Part shown: positions 1-12,000 of the stretch, piece by piece | Layout: every line of letters begins with the position of its first letter | Numbering within the stretch: position 1 is the first letter of the stretch | Assembly (NCBI GenBank): GCA_964187785.1 | Contig: OZ076409.1 | Coordinates: forward strand, 9,550,001 to 9,614,000 | From: Amphiscolops sp. MND2022 | Taxonomy: Eukaryota | DNA length: 64,000 nt | Direction: 5' to 3' | Made by a program: the position numbers and the translations under genes | The notes under the pieces: model-generated | Told to the model about the DNA's origin: nothing | The model's database searches: none | The model's input: the letters and a program-made list of their open reading frames with translations, nothing else

Positions 1-95
1 CAGTCCGAAAGGGGAGTGGTAAGTATCAGGGTTCAGTTTCTTTGCCTTCAGCACTATATAGGACACGCATTGAAGTATGTACGAAATCAGGGCGC
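1..95 (-). CDS. permease exon (GALISYILQCVSYIVLKAKKLNPDTYHSPFGL), truncated by window edge
   Basis: Acceptor tgtttcag at 96-103; phase 1 matches the upstream exon. Confidence 0.8.
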
Positions 96-3000
96 CTGAA
101 ACACATCAAACATTGATTGTGGTGAGCTATTGAAAACAGTGAGACCATTATTGTGTTATTTTGTTCTCAATTTCTGATTGTTGTTGATACGGAAAAGACG
201 TTTTCCCCCGAATCGTTTCACTTATTTCATTTTTGCCAGTCACAACATTGCTGACTTCGAACTTCACATTCGTCAAAGTTGTCAAGAAAAGTAAAGATTG
301 TGATTTTAACGAAGGTTGCAGCTAATCAGCAAATTCAAGGAATTGATCGAATTGTTTTGGTGGATGCCTTTTTGATTTCGAACTAACTATTTTCCACTTT
401 CATTTTCAACTTTTAAATTTTTATTGCTAATCTGGATCATATGAACAAAAGAATAAGCTCCTCCTCCACCCCCGAGCGTACTGGTCTTCAGATGGTGCCA
501 CTTGGGTGGTCCATGATTCAAAAGGTGAGAAACCCTAGTTGAGACCACAGGAACTTTTTATATGCTGCAGTCCTGCATACATGGTAATTTTTTATTAAAA
601 CCTTTTTTCATCGGAATTTTTCATCAGCGACCCGACCACATTGTATTTACACTTTGGTTTCTCAACTACTCATCTGATGTGATCACCGCTTCTCAAATAG
701 AACGCTAATTTGCAGTTTATTAGGTGACTGAAGTAATTTTGCATTAAAATGGCTGTTAAACTGAGAGCAATTTATTTGCTCCTGAAATTAGAACTGCTTC
801 TTAATGAAACATGCAAAACTTTAGGGCGTAAAATTAAAAAACCGCCAAAACGTTGATGAATCTTTTAACTTAAAAGTTTAGTAAACAGCTTGATAAAAGT
901 CGAATACAACAGGTAAATATTTTCTCATGAAAGTTTCCGTAAGAGTTTTAGAAAATCATAATAAAAATTGCTGGCAACAATAAAGTACATGCAAAACGTT
1001 CAAGAAGTTTCAACAAGGGAATACAATCAGAGGTGGTAATTGAAACAGGTCGTTTTCATTGAGCGCGTCAGAATGTACATGAGTATCTGACCGAGATATT
1101 TAGATATGACGTGATATCCGGGTTTCCCGACCAGGTTGATCATACTCTGATCCTATATTTTTTCTATGATCTTACCATGATCAATCTGGAATCATATATG
1201 GTCAACCTGCGACCATAAACTTCTGAAAGTTCTGAAAAAGTCTGAAATCATAAATGGTCCAGACTATGATCAAACTGAAATCATGCCGTGACACGCACGA
1301 GTTGCCGTGACACGCACGAGTTGCCGTGACACGTATGAATTGCCGTGACACGCAATTTAGGGAAACATTTTCTGACATTGAGAAACGCCAGCTTTATCGG
1401 CTGAATGCACAACCGTCAACAGAGCCACGTTCGACCTTTTGTATCTCCGAACGATACATGGCAGGTCTCTTCTCAGTAACTTTGATGATGATTTCTACTT
1501 GTTTTGTGATTGTATTGGCACTTTGGCTCGGGAATGTCTAGTATTTTCCTCAGTATATGCGTTAATTGACTACGTTATCCTAGTTTTCTTTTTATGGCTC
1601 CAGGTCGACCATACTCTGGACCATATAATATGATCCAGTATATGGTGAGTCTGTATTGTTTAATGAAATTATGTTGATCATAATATGGGCCATATATGGA
1701 AACAGGTTAATCATAAACTCAATCATATATTGTCCAGAGTATGATCAGCATGGAAGCATAAATTTTTACTGTACAGTGCATGATCAGCCTGGAATCAACT
1801 TTTCTTCATCATGACTAATTTTGATCAACCTCTTTTTGTATGGGAGGGAAACCCGGGAACACATGCCAGAAGTGTCTTGGAAATTCTGATAATTATCGAC
1901 CCAATTAACTTTATGGGGGGCTGTTCGTCAGCAGGTGTAACAGGGGGGGTGTTTCATAAGGCTATGGCGGGAGTAGGTAGGGTTGCCATTCCTGATATCC
2001 TCTAATCAAAAGAGGCGTCTTAGTCTTTTTACCCAAAAAAACGTAGGGAAATCGTTTCCGCTTTATATTGTTTTAGAACTTCCTAAAGAGTAATGTATGT
2101 ATCCTGAAAAGGCTACGCAGTGTCCTATAAAGGAAATCTCAGTTCGATTAGAACTTATGTTACTCAGAAGCCAACCTAGAAGCGCAAGATTAATCAGAAC
2201 AGATTTGAGATCATCCTCGTTATCGATGACGTAATAGAGAACGATGATAACAGCGTAGCTCATTGTGGCATCAGTTATCAAAGCAATGTACGGTGTCTTG
2301 AAGTAACTGTGAAGCCGAGACAGGGGGCTGGGAAAAAGGCCGTCTCTCGAGATTGCGTAGAGAAGTCTCCCGGTGCAGAAAAGGAAAGTGTGAAAACTGG
2401 AAATTAGTCCAACCACTAAAATCCATTTGAAATAGTCCAGAGAAGATGAATGGTTGAAGATGGTTTCGTAACCTAAAAAATATCAATTCCCTCCGTAGTT
2501 TTGTTTTGTTTAGCCGCATTTACTTTTATTTACGATACCGTATCGTCAGCAGAATACTTGAAACATCGCAGTGTCACTTCGCTTTTGTACTGCTTCCGAT
2601 TCGCAACTCAGCATTCCGTTGATTTTGCTACATACGTATTAGTTCTTATACTGTAATCGTGATAATAGATTAGCACCAGTTAGCACTCGTTATCAATTGT
2701 CGCGTCTTCAATTCGACATGAGTGACAGGCCTTTAACGTTGAAGAAAGACTATTTTCAAACAGAAAACGTTAAAATTCAAAGGCTAGGTGTTTGATTTTT
2801 TTTCATCAAGTTAGCACAGTGCCAGAACTACCTAAAGGACGATGGCTTCGGTCTCATTCGTTTTTTTTTTGAAATATCTAAAAGAGGTAAAAAATGAAAG
2901 AATTGAAAGGAGCCCTTTCGAACTGAGGTTAACTCTAAGACAGGACTCTTCCTTATTGAGAAACAATAAGAGAGTTTTTCTGCACTCGTTCGTTTTAAAA

Positions 3001-6000
3001 ACTTGAAGAAAGTCACATAGTGACAAAAAAACAAGCCGGAAACGGCATAAACGGTGCCATATCTAAGGCTCAAAAATAACAAAAGAACATCAAAGTGTCA
3101 CAAAAACTCAGTATCAAACTCACAAAAAATGTTTTGAAACACTTTCGAAAAACCCAAACGACCGAGCTTTTTATATTTCAGTTTTGACTGCACTATAAGA
3201 TTGATATATCTGAACAGGTGTATCTCTTGAGTTTTCACTATTTGCGAACTTCCATTAATTGATCAAATCTCAAGTCGCTGAAAATAATGTAGCTTAGTTT
3301 TCTTTTTTTTTTGAAAACTTCCACTGAAAATCTACCTAAAAACTAAAAGTTTCGAAAATACTTTTTTGAGATCGAATTTTAGCTAACAGAAAACAACCCG
3401 GCCTAAACATCGACCTACATTACGACGCATAACCCTACACTTTTAGTGCGGCTCAAAGTTGAGCCGTTTGAGCAGTGGAATCCTGGGCCAAGCTTTAAAA
3501 CATACCAACCGCAAAGAGCGGAATTCGCCGCGCGGAATTCAGGGACTAATACCGCAGTGTTTAAATTTCTCCCTCTTTAGTAAATGGTTCCCTCGTAAAA
3601 CTCAAAGAGAGCAAAACCTTTTACAAAAGCTAAGAGAACAATTTTAGAAATGTTTACCCTTTGGAAAATCAGTTTTGCTTGTTTGACCAGAAACAACTTA
3701 ATTCGAAAGATGATGAAGCGAGCGAAACAGCGAGAAAAATTCTGATGATGAACAGCTTAACCCACTTTGGAAGACCTTGTTCGTTCATCAAAGTAGTCTC
3801 AATTTCAGAATATTCTTTTCATACACCTGTCAAAATAGGGGATCCATCATTGTACATTGCGTAGGCCCCTGGTTCTATGGAACTGCTGAAGAGAAGTGTG
3901 AGAGAGGACATCGCAATAAGAGTGCAAATACTGATGATGATTCCATAGGGCATCGTCCGACTGGCATCTATGGTCTCCTCAGTCACCATTGCCAGTTCCT
4001 CGATGCCCAGGTAGAACCAGAGTGAAAACGACAACCCTTTGGCAACCCCATCGACGCCGTCGTTGTAGAGCCAGCGTTTCGGACATGTCTCATTAACCTA
4101 GAACTTTTGTGAATATTAGCTGTTGAACTTATCAAATAACAAGCCGGGAACGGCCCAAGTTGGCGCCATATCTAAGGCTCAAAAATAGCAAAAGGACTTC
4201 AAAGTGTCAAAGTAATGGTGAATTGAGGACATTTTTATGAGAAAAATTATTGAAAAAAGTCTCACAATGCCGAAAAAACTGAAAGGAGGACCCTTTAGTC
4301 TCGTCCGGTATTGTATGTTACGTCGAAAACCCATTTGGTTCAGTTCCTTCACAGGTACAATTTGGGGTCTTCGTAAAATTTTGTAGAACTTTTGGGGTAG
4401 AACTATTTTGGTCACTTCAGGTGTATCGAAAAAAAAACACTGACGAAAAGCCATGACTATAGTCGACTCTTTTCTGAAGAAAAGTGCCGACTAAAAAATG
4501 GGAAAAGTCAACCGTGAGTTTGAATAACTGAGAGATTACCGGTTTCTTCTGAAAAGCTACCTGTGTATTTATCTAATCAATATTCCTTTGTCATAAATTC
4601 AAGCTTCCGATAAAGTTCAAGGTTGATAAAGGAATCTGTGAATCTTTTGAAGAATCTTCTATTTTTTCCTAGACAGTGTGGATCTTAGTACATTTCAAAA
4701 TGAGCAGGACTTGTTTTCCCACCGGCTCCTCAAATTTGAGATAAGGTCTTAAAGTTAGAACAGTTTTTAAGTGAATAGTTGTCGATGATAAGAATTTTCG
4801 CAAATTCTACTCACGTTTTCGCAGATTCCCAGAACCCACTGAAACATAAATCTTCAATGAAAACATAAAACCCAACAAACGCTGCCAATTATTTCTACTT
4901 TGATTGGAATTTTGAACTTGTTGGAAAAATTTGTATCACACACTCACTTTTCTGTTCTGGGCATTACAAAATGCTAAAAATAAACCATCGGTTTTTCAAG
5001 CATCGAATGAAGGTTTCAAAGTTTTCTCTTCAATTTTTAGAATATACTCAACATGGTTTTCAAGAAAGTCTTCGAAGTCCTCAAGAAGCGCGTGAGTGAA
5101 GTTTGAAGTTATATATTTACTGTTTGACCTCACGACACTGAATAACTTTGTGGAAGTCGAACTTGGGAATGGCTCCGCAGTAGAACACAAAAAAATACAT
5201 TTTTACTTTTCCAACTGACTCGACTGACTAACTTTGTGGAAGTCGAACTTGGGAACGGCCCCACAAAAGAACACACAAAGTAAATATATTAATAGTTGAT
5301 AGCAATATGATATTTCACCCAAAAATGTCTTTGATGTGTTGTATTGTATATAACCTGATTTCATCGATGCTTTGATATATCCGTTTGTTGATGTCTAAGT
5401 GCTATTCCAAGAATGTGGTTGTGGAAGACCATATGACATTTTCCTTGATTTTGTTGACATGTTGATGCTTAGGAATGTGATTATCATCCCCATGGGACTA
5501 TAAATACTAACAACTCTCATAGAGAGGACACTGTTTTGTAAACCGTTTTGTTGTTCAAACTTATCCAATAGTTTTTTCCGAATAAAATAACTCAGCTATT
5601 TACAATCGGACATTCTTGAAGCCTACTACAAAAAAGCAAAAAAGCCAGGAAATCTAGAGAAGTGGATATGTTGTCTGATATCGAAAATCTCGATGTAATG
5701 TTAGGTGGAAACCATTTGGAAAGGGACGACATTGAAACTAGTAATTATGGCAGAAGGCCTGAAAGTCCCAGTCATGGCACATTACTGAATCAGAATAGCG
5801 ATTCTTATTCCAATCAAATCTCGTCGAACGGAAATTACGACTAACGCCCAAAATGGCCAAAGCTCAAGAGAAGTAGATTCAGGCAGTTAATTTAACTGAC
5901 TGTCAGGAGAGGTAAACAAAGAATCACCAGGGAAATGAGTGATTTCATGAGCACAGTAAGTTCTCAGATTCAAAAGCCATAAACGAGGCAATCAGCGATC

Positions 6001-9000
6001 AAATCGTGCCTCAAATACAAGCTTCTTTGAAATCCGGACAAGGACATATGCCTGAAAGATGATGGGAAGACCCGAAACGAAGACTGGAATACAGATCTGA
6101 AGAAGCCTTGGACCGTAGGTTTAGGAGCGACTCCAGAGATGAATGTCATAGGTTTCCGAACAGAAATGAATACCTAGAGAGTACTCAGGACACTGACTAA
6201 CTTTGTGGAAGTCGATCTTGGGAATAGCCCCACAGTAGAACACACAGAGTAAACATGTTTTTCCTCTTTCAAATGACGACATTGACTAACTTTGTGGAAG
6301 TCGAGCTTGGGAATGGCCTCACAGTAGAACACACAGAGTAAAAATATTTTTACTTTTCCAACTGACTACACTGACTGACTTTGTGGAAGTCGATGTTGGG
6401 AACGGCTCCACAAAAAAACACACAAAGTAAATACATTTTTACTTTTTCAACTGACAACACTGACTAACTTCGTGGCAGTCAAACTTGGGATTGGCCCCGC
6501 AGTAGAACATACAGAGCAAACATTATTTCCGCTTTCAACTGCCTACACTGAATAACTTTGTGGAAGTCGAACTTGGGAATGGCCCCGCAGTAGAACACAC
6601 AAAATAAATACCTTATTACTTTTTCAATTGACTACACTGACTAACTTTGTGGAAGTCGAACTTGGGAATGGCCCCGCAGTAGAACACACAGAGTAAACAT
6701 GTTTTTCCTCTTTCAACTTACGACACTGACTAACTTTGTGGAAGTCGGCCTTGGGAGTGGCCCGCAGTAGAACATACAGAGCAAACATGTTTTCCGCTTT
6801 CAACTGCCTACACTGAGTAACTTTATGGAAGTCGAACTTGGGAATGGCCCCACAGTAGAACACACAGAGTAAACATGTTTTTCCTCTTTCAAATGACGAC
6901 ATTGACTAACTTTGTGGAAGTCGAACTTGGGAATGGCCTCACAGTAGAACACACAGAGTAAAAATATTTTTACTTTTCCAACTGACTACACTGACTAACT
7001 TTGTGGAAGTCGAAGTTGGGAACGGCTCCACAAAAGAACACGCAAAGCAAATACATTTTTACTTTTCCAACTGACAACACTGACTAACTTCGTGGCAGTC
7101 AAACTTGGGATTGGCCCCGCAAAAGAACACACAAAGTAAATATATTAATAGTTGATAGCAATATGATATTTCACCCAAAAATGTCTTTGATGTGTTGTAT
7201 TGTATATAACCTGATTTCATCGATGCTTTGATATATCCGTTTGTTGATGTCTAAGTGCTATTCCAAGAATGTGGTTGTGGAAGACCATATGACATTTTCC
7301 TTGATTTTGTTGACATGTTGATGCTTAGGAATGTGATTATCATCCCCATGGGACTATAAATACTAACAACTCTCATAGAGAGGACACTGTTTTGTAAACC
7401 GTTTTGTTGTTCAAACTTATCCAATAGTTTTTTCCGAATAAAATAACTCAGCTATTTACAATCGGACATTCTTGAAGCCTACTACAAAAAAGCAAAAAAG
7501 CCAGGAAATCTAGAGAAGTGGATATGTTGTCTGATATCGAAAATCTCGATGTAATGTTAGGTGGAAACCATTTGGAAAGGGACGACATTGAAACTAGTAA
7601 TTATGGCAGAAGGCCTGAAAGTCCCAGTCATGGCACATTACTGAATCAGAATAGCGATTCTTATTCCAATCAAATCTCGTCGAACGGAAATTACGACTAA
7701 CGCCCAAAATGGCCAAAGCTCAAGAGAAGTAGATTCAGGCAGTTAATTTAACTGACTGTCAGGAGAGGTAAACAAAGAATCACCAGGGAAATGAGTGATT
7801 TCATGAGCACAGTAAGTTCTCAGATTCAAAAGCCATAAACGAGGCAATCAGCGATCAAATCGTGCCTCAAATACAAGCTTCTTTGAAATCCGGACAAGGA
7901 CATATGCCTGAAAGATGATGGGAAGACCCGAAACGAAGACTGGAATACAGATCTGAAGAAGCCTTGGACCGTAGGTTTAGGAGCGACTCCAGAGATGAAT
8001 GTCATAGGTTTCCGAACAGAAATGAATACCTAGAGAGTACTCAGGACACTGACTAACTTTGTGGAAGTCGATCTTGGGAATAGCCCCACAGTAGAACACA
8101 CAGAGTAAACATGTTTTTCCTCTTTCAAATGACGACATTGACTAACTTTGTGGAAGTCGAGCTTGGGAATGGCCTCACAGTAGAACACACAGAGTGAATA
8201 CATTTTTACTTTTCAAACTGACGACACTGACTAACTTTGTGGAAGTCGAACTTGGGAATGGCCCCGCAGTAGAACACACAGAGTGAATACATTTTCACTT
8301 TTCCAACTGACTACTCTGACTAACTTTGTTGAAGTCGAACTTGGGAATGGCGCCGCAGTAGAACACACTGAGTGAATACATTTTTACTTTTCAAACTGAC
8401 GACACTGACTAACTTTGTTGAAGTCGAACTTGGGAATAGCGCCGCAGTAGAACACAGAGAGTGAATACATTTTCACTTTTCCAACTGACTACTCTGACTA
8501 ACTTTTGTGGAAGTCGAACTTGGGAATGGCCCCGCAGTAGAATACACAGAGTGAATACATTTTTACTTTTCAAACTGACGACACTGACTAACTTTGTGGA
8601 AGTCGAACTTGGGAATGGCCCCGCAGTAGAACACACAGAGTGAATACATTTTCACTTTTCCAACTGACTACTCTGACTAACTTTGTTGAAGTCGAACTTG
8701 GGAATGGCGCCGCAGTAGAACACACTGAGTGAATACATTTTTACTTTTCAAACTGACGACACTGACTAACTTTGTTGAAGTCGAACTTGGGAATAGCGCC
8801 GCAGTAGAACACACAGAGTGAATACATTTTCACTTTTCCAACTGACTACTCTGACTAACTTTGTTGAAGTCGAACTTGGGAATGGCGCCGCAGTAGAACA
8901 CACTGAGTGAATACATTTTTACTTTTCAAACTGACGACACTGACTAACTTTGTTGAAGTCGAACTTGGGAATAGCGCCGCAGTAGAACACAGAGAGTGAA

Positions 9001-12000
9001 TACATTTTCACTTTTCCAACTGACTACTCTGACTAACTTTGTTGAAGTCGAACTTGGGAATGGCGCCGCAGTAGAACACACAGAGTGAATACATTTTCAC
9101 TTTTCCAACTGACTACTCTGACTAACTTTGTGGAAGTCGAACTTGGGAATGGCCCCGCAGTAGAATACACAGAGTGAATACATTTTTACTTTTCAAACTG
9201 ACGACACTGACTAACTTTGTGGAAGTCGAACTTGGGAATGGCCCCGCAGTAGAACACACAGAGTGAATACATTTTCACTTTTCCAACTGACTACTCTGAC
9301 TAACTTTGTTGAAGTCGAACTTGGGAATGGCGCCGCAGTAGAACACACTGAGTGAATACATTTTTACTTTTCAAACTGACGACACTGACTAACTTTGTTG
9401 AAGTCGAACTTGGGAATAGCGCCGCAGTACAACACACAGAGTGAATACATTTTCACTTTTCCAACTGACTACTCTGACTAACTTTGTTGAAGTCGAACTT
9501 GGGAATGGCGCCGCAGTAGAACACACTGAGTGAATACATTTTTACTTTTCAAACTGACGACACTGACTAACTTTGTTGAAGTCGAACTTGGGAATAGCGC
9601 CGCAGTAGAACACAGAGAGTGAATACATTTTCACTTTTCCAACTGACTACTCTGACTAACTTTGTTGAAGTCGAACTTGGGAATGGCGCCGCAGTAGAAC
9701 ACACTGAGTGAATACATTTTTACTTTTCAAACTGACGACACTGACTAACTTTGTTGAAGTCGAACTTGGGAATAGCGCCGCAGTAGAACACACAGAGTGA
9801 ATACATTTTCACTTTTCCAACTGACTACTCTGACTAACTTTGTTGAAGTCGAACTTGGGAATGGCGCCGCAGTAGAACACACTGAGTGAATACATTTTTA
9901 CTTTTCAAACTGACGACACTGACTAACTTTGTTGAAGTCGAACTTGGGAATAGCGCCGCAGTAGAACACAGAGAGTGAATACATTTTCACTTTTCCAACT
10001 GACTACTCTGACTAACTTTGTTGAAGTCGAACTTGGGAATGGCGCCGCAGTAGAACACACTGAGTGAATACATTTTTACTTTTCAAACTGACGACACTGA
10101 CTAACTTTGTTGAAGTCGAACTTGGGAATAGCGCCGCAGTAGAACACAGAGAGTGAATACATTTTCACTTTTCCAACTGACTACTCTGACTAACTTTGTT
10201 GAAGTCGAACTTGGGAATGGCGCCGCAGTAGAACACACTGAGTGAATACATTTTTACTTTTCAAACTGACGACACTGACTAACTTTGTTGAAGTCGAACT
10301 TGGGAATAGCGCCGCAGTAGAACACACAGAGTGAATACATTTTCACTTTTCCAACTGACTACTCTGACTAACTTTGTTGAAGTCGAACTTGGGAATGGCG
10401 CCGCAGTAGAACACACTGAGTGAATACATTTTTACTTTTCAAACTGACGACACTGACTAACTTTGTTGAAGTCGAACTTGGGAATAGCGCCGCAGTAGAA
10501 CACACAGAGTGAATACATTTTCACTTTTCCAACTGACTACTCTGACTAACTTTGTTGAAGTCGAACTTGGGAATGGCGCCGCAGTAGAACACACTGAGTG
10601 AATACATTTTTACTTTTCAAACTGACGACACTGACTAACTTTGTTGAAGTCGAACTTGGGAATAGCGCCGCAGTAGAACACAGAGAGTGAATACATTTTC
10701 ACTTTTCCAACTGACTACTCTGACTAACTTTGTTGAAGTCGAACTTGGGAATGGCGCCGCAGTAGAACACACTGAGTGAATACATTTTTACTTTTCAAAC
10801 TGACGACACTGACTAACTTTGTTGAAGTCGAACTTGGGAATAGCGCCGCAGTAGAACACAGAGAGTGAATACATTTTCACTTTTCCAACTGACTACTCTG
10901 ACTAACTTTGTTGAAGTCGAACTTGGGAATGGCGCCGCAGTAGAACACACTGAGTGAATACATTTTTACTTTTCAAACTGACGACACTGACTAACTTTGT
11001 TGAAGTCGAACTTGGGAATAGCGCCGCAGTAGAACACACAGAGTGAATACATTTTCACTTTTCCAACTGACTACTCTGACTAACTTTGTTGAAGTCGAAC
11101 TTGGGAATGGCGCCGCAGTAGAACACACTGAGTGAATACATTTTTACTTTTCAAACTGACGACACTGACTAACTTTGTTGAAGTCGAACTTGGGAATAGC
11201 GCCGCAGTAGAACACAGAGAGTGAATACATTTTCACTTTTCCAACTGACTACTCTGACTAACTTTGTTGAAGTCGAACTTGGGAATGGCGCCGCACTAGA
11301 ACACACAGAGTGAATACATTTTCACTTTTCCAACTGACGACACTGACTAACTTTGTGGAAGTCGAACTTGGGAATGGCGCCGCACTAGAACACACAGAGT
11401 GAATACATTTTTACTTTTCAAACTGACGACACTGACTAACTTTGTGGAAGTCGAACTTGGGAATGGCCCCGCAGTAGAATACACAGAGTACCAGCAGAGA
11501 CACGACTGTGAAGAACAGCTCCATGTTGAAAGACAGCTTCACTCCACACACATTCAGGGCCGTGAAGAAGAAGAAAAAGGCAAACCACCACAGGGGCTCC
11601 CACTTTTTGTCTGTGTCCGTTATTTCTACCTGCAAACATCAATCCTTTCGAGAATTTTTTTAGAAATGAAATCAGTAAATCTTCGTATATCGGTTTTCGG
11701 TTTTTCAATTTCTATGAAAACGGTTTTCTTCGAGTTAGGTTTTAGGACTTTGTGACTAGACTCGCAATAAAGAAAAGCCTGCTTCTCGGTAAACTGTACT
11801 CCAAAATTCTGACCGTTAAAGGACTGCTTTGCAAGACTTTTGAGCAAAAATTTTCAACCAAAAGATTAAAAACCGATTCTAGAAGCACGATCAATGAAGA
11901 TGTTCTCTCCGTGCTAACTGAAACGTTTGCCCGAAATTTTTATTCTTGTAAAACATGAATCAGATCAAATTTCAAAATATTCAATCCATGTGTTTCAAAA

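Larger units (their letters stand above)
5132..11490. repeat. 89-bp tandem repeat array (~52 copies) derived from the permease exon/intron junction, with 178-bp higher-order dimers
   Basis: Unit cactgactaactttgt(g/t)gaagtcgaacttgggaat(g/a)gc(c/g)ccgcagtagaacacacagagtgaatacattt...aactgac. The last copy overlaps the coding exon 11441-11629. The array is interrupted twice by a ~900-bp insert. Confidence 0.97.

Noticed and set aside
2063..2175. permease C-terminus by read-through of ORF 2063-2416
   Set aside because: Family-like sequence resumes only in the exon at 1-95 via the donor at 2175
5132..11490. CRISPR-like array
   Set aside because: No unique spacers and no cas genes; whole units are repeated and derive from a eukaryotic exon junction
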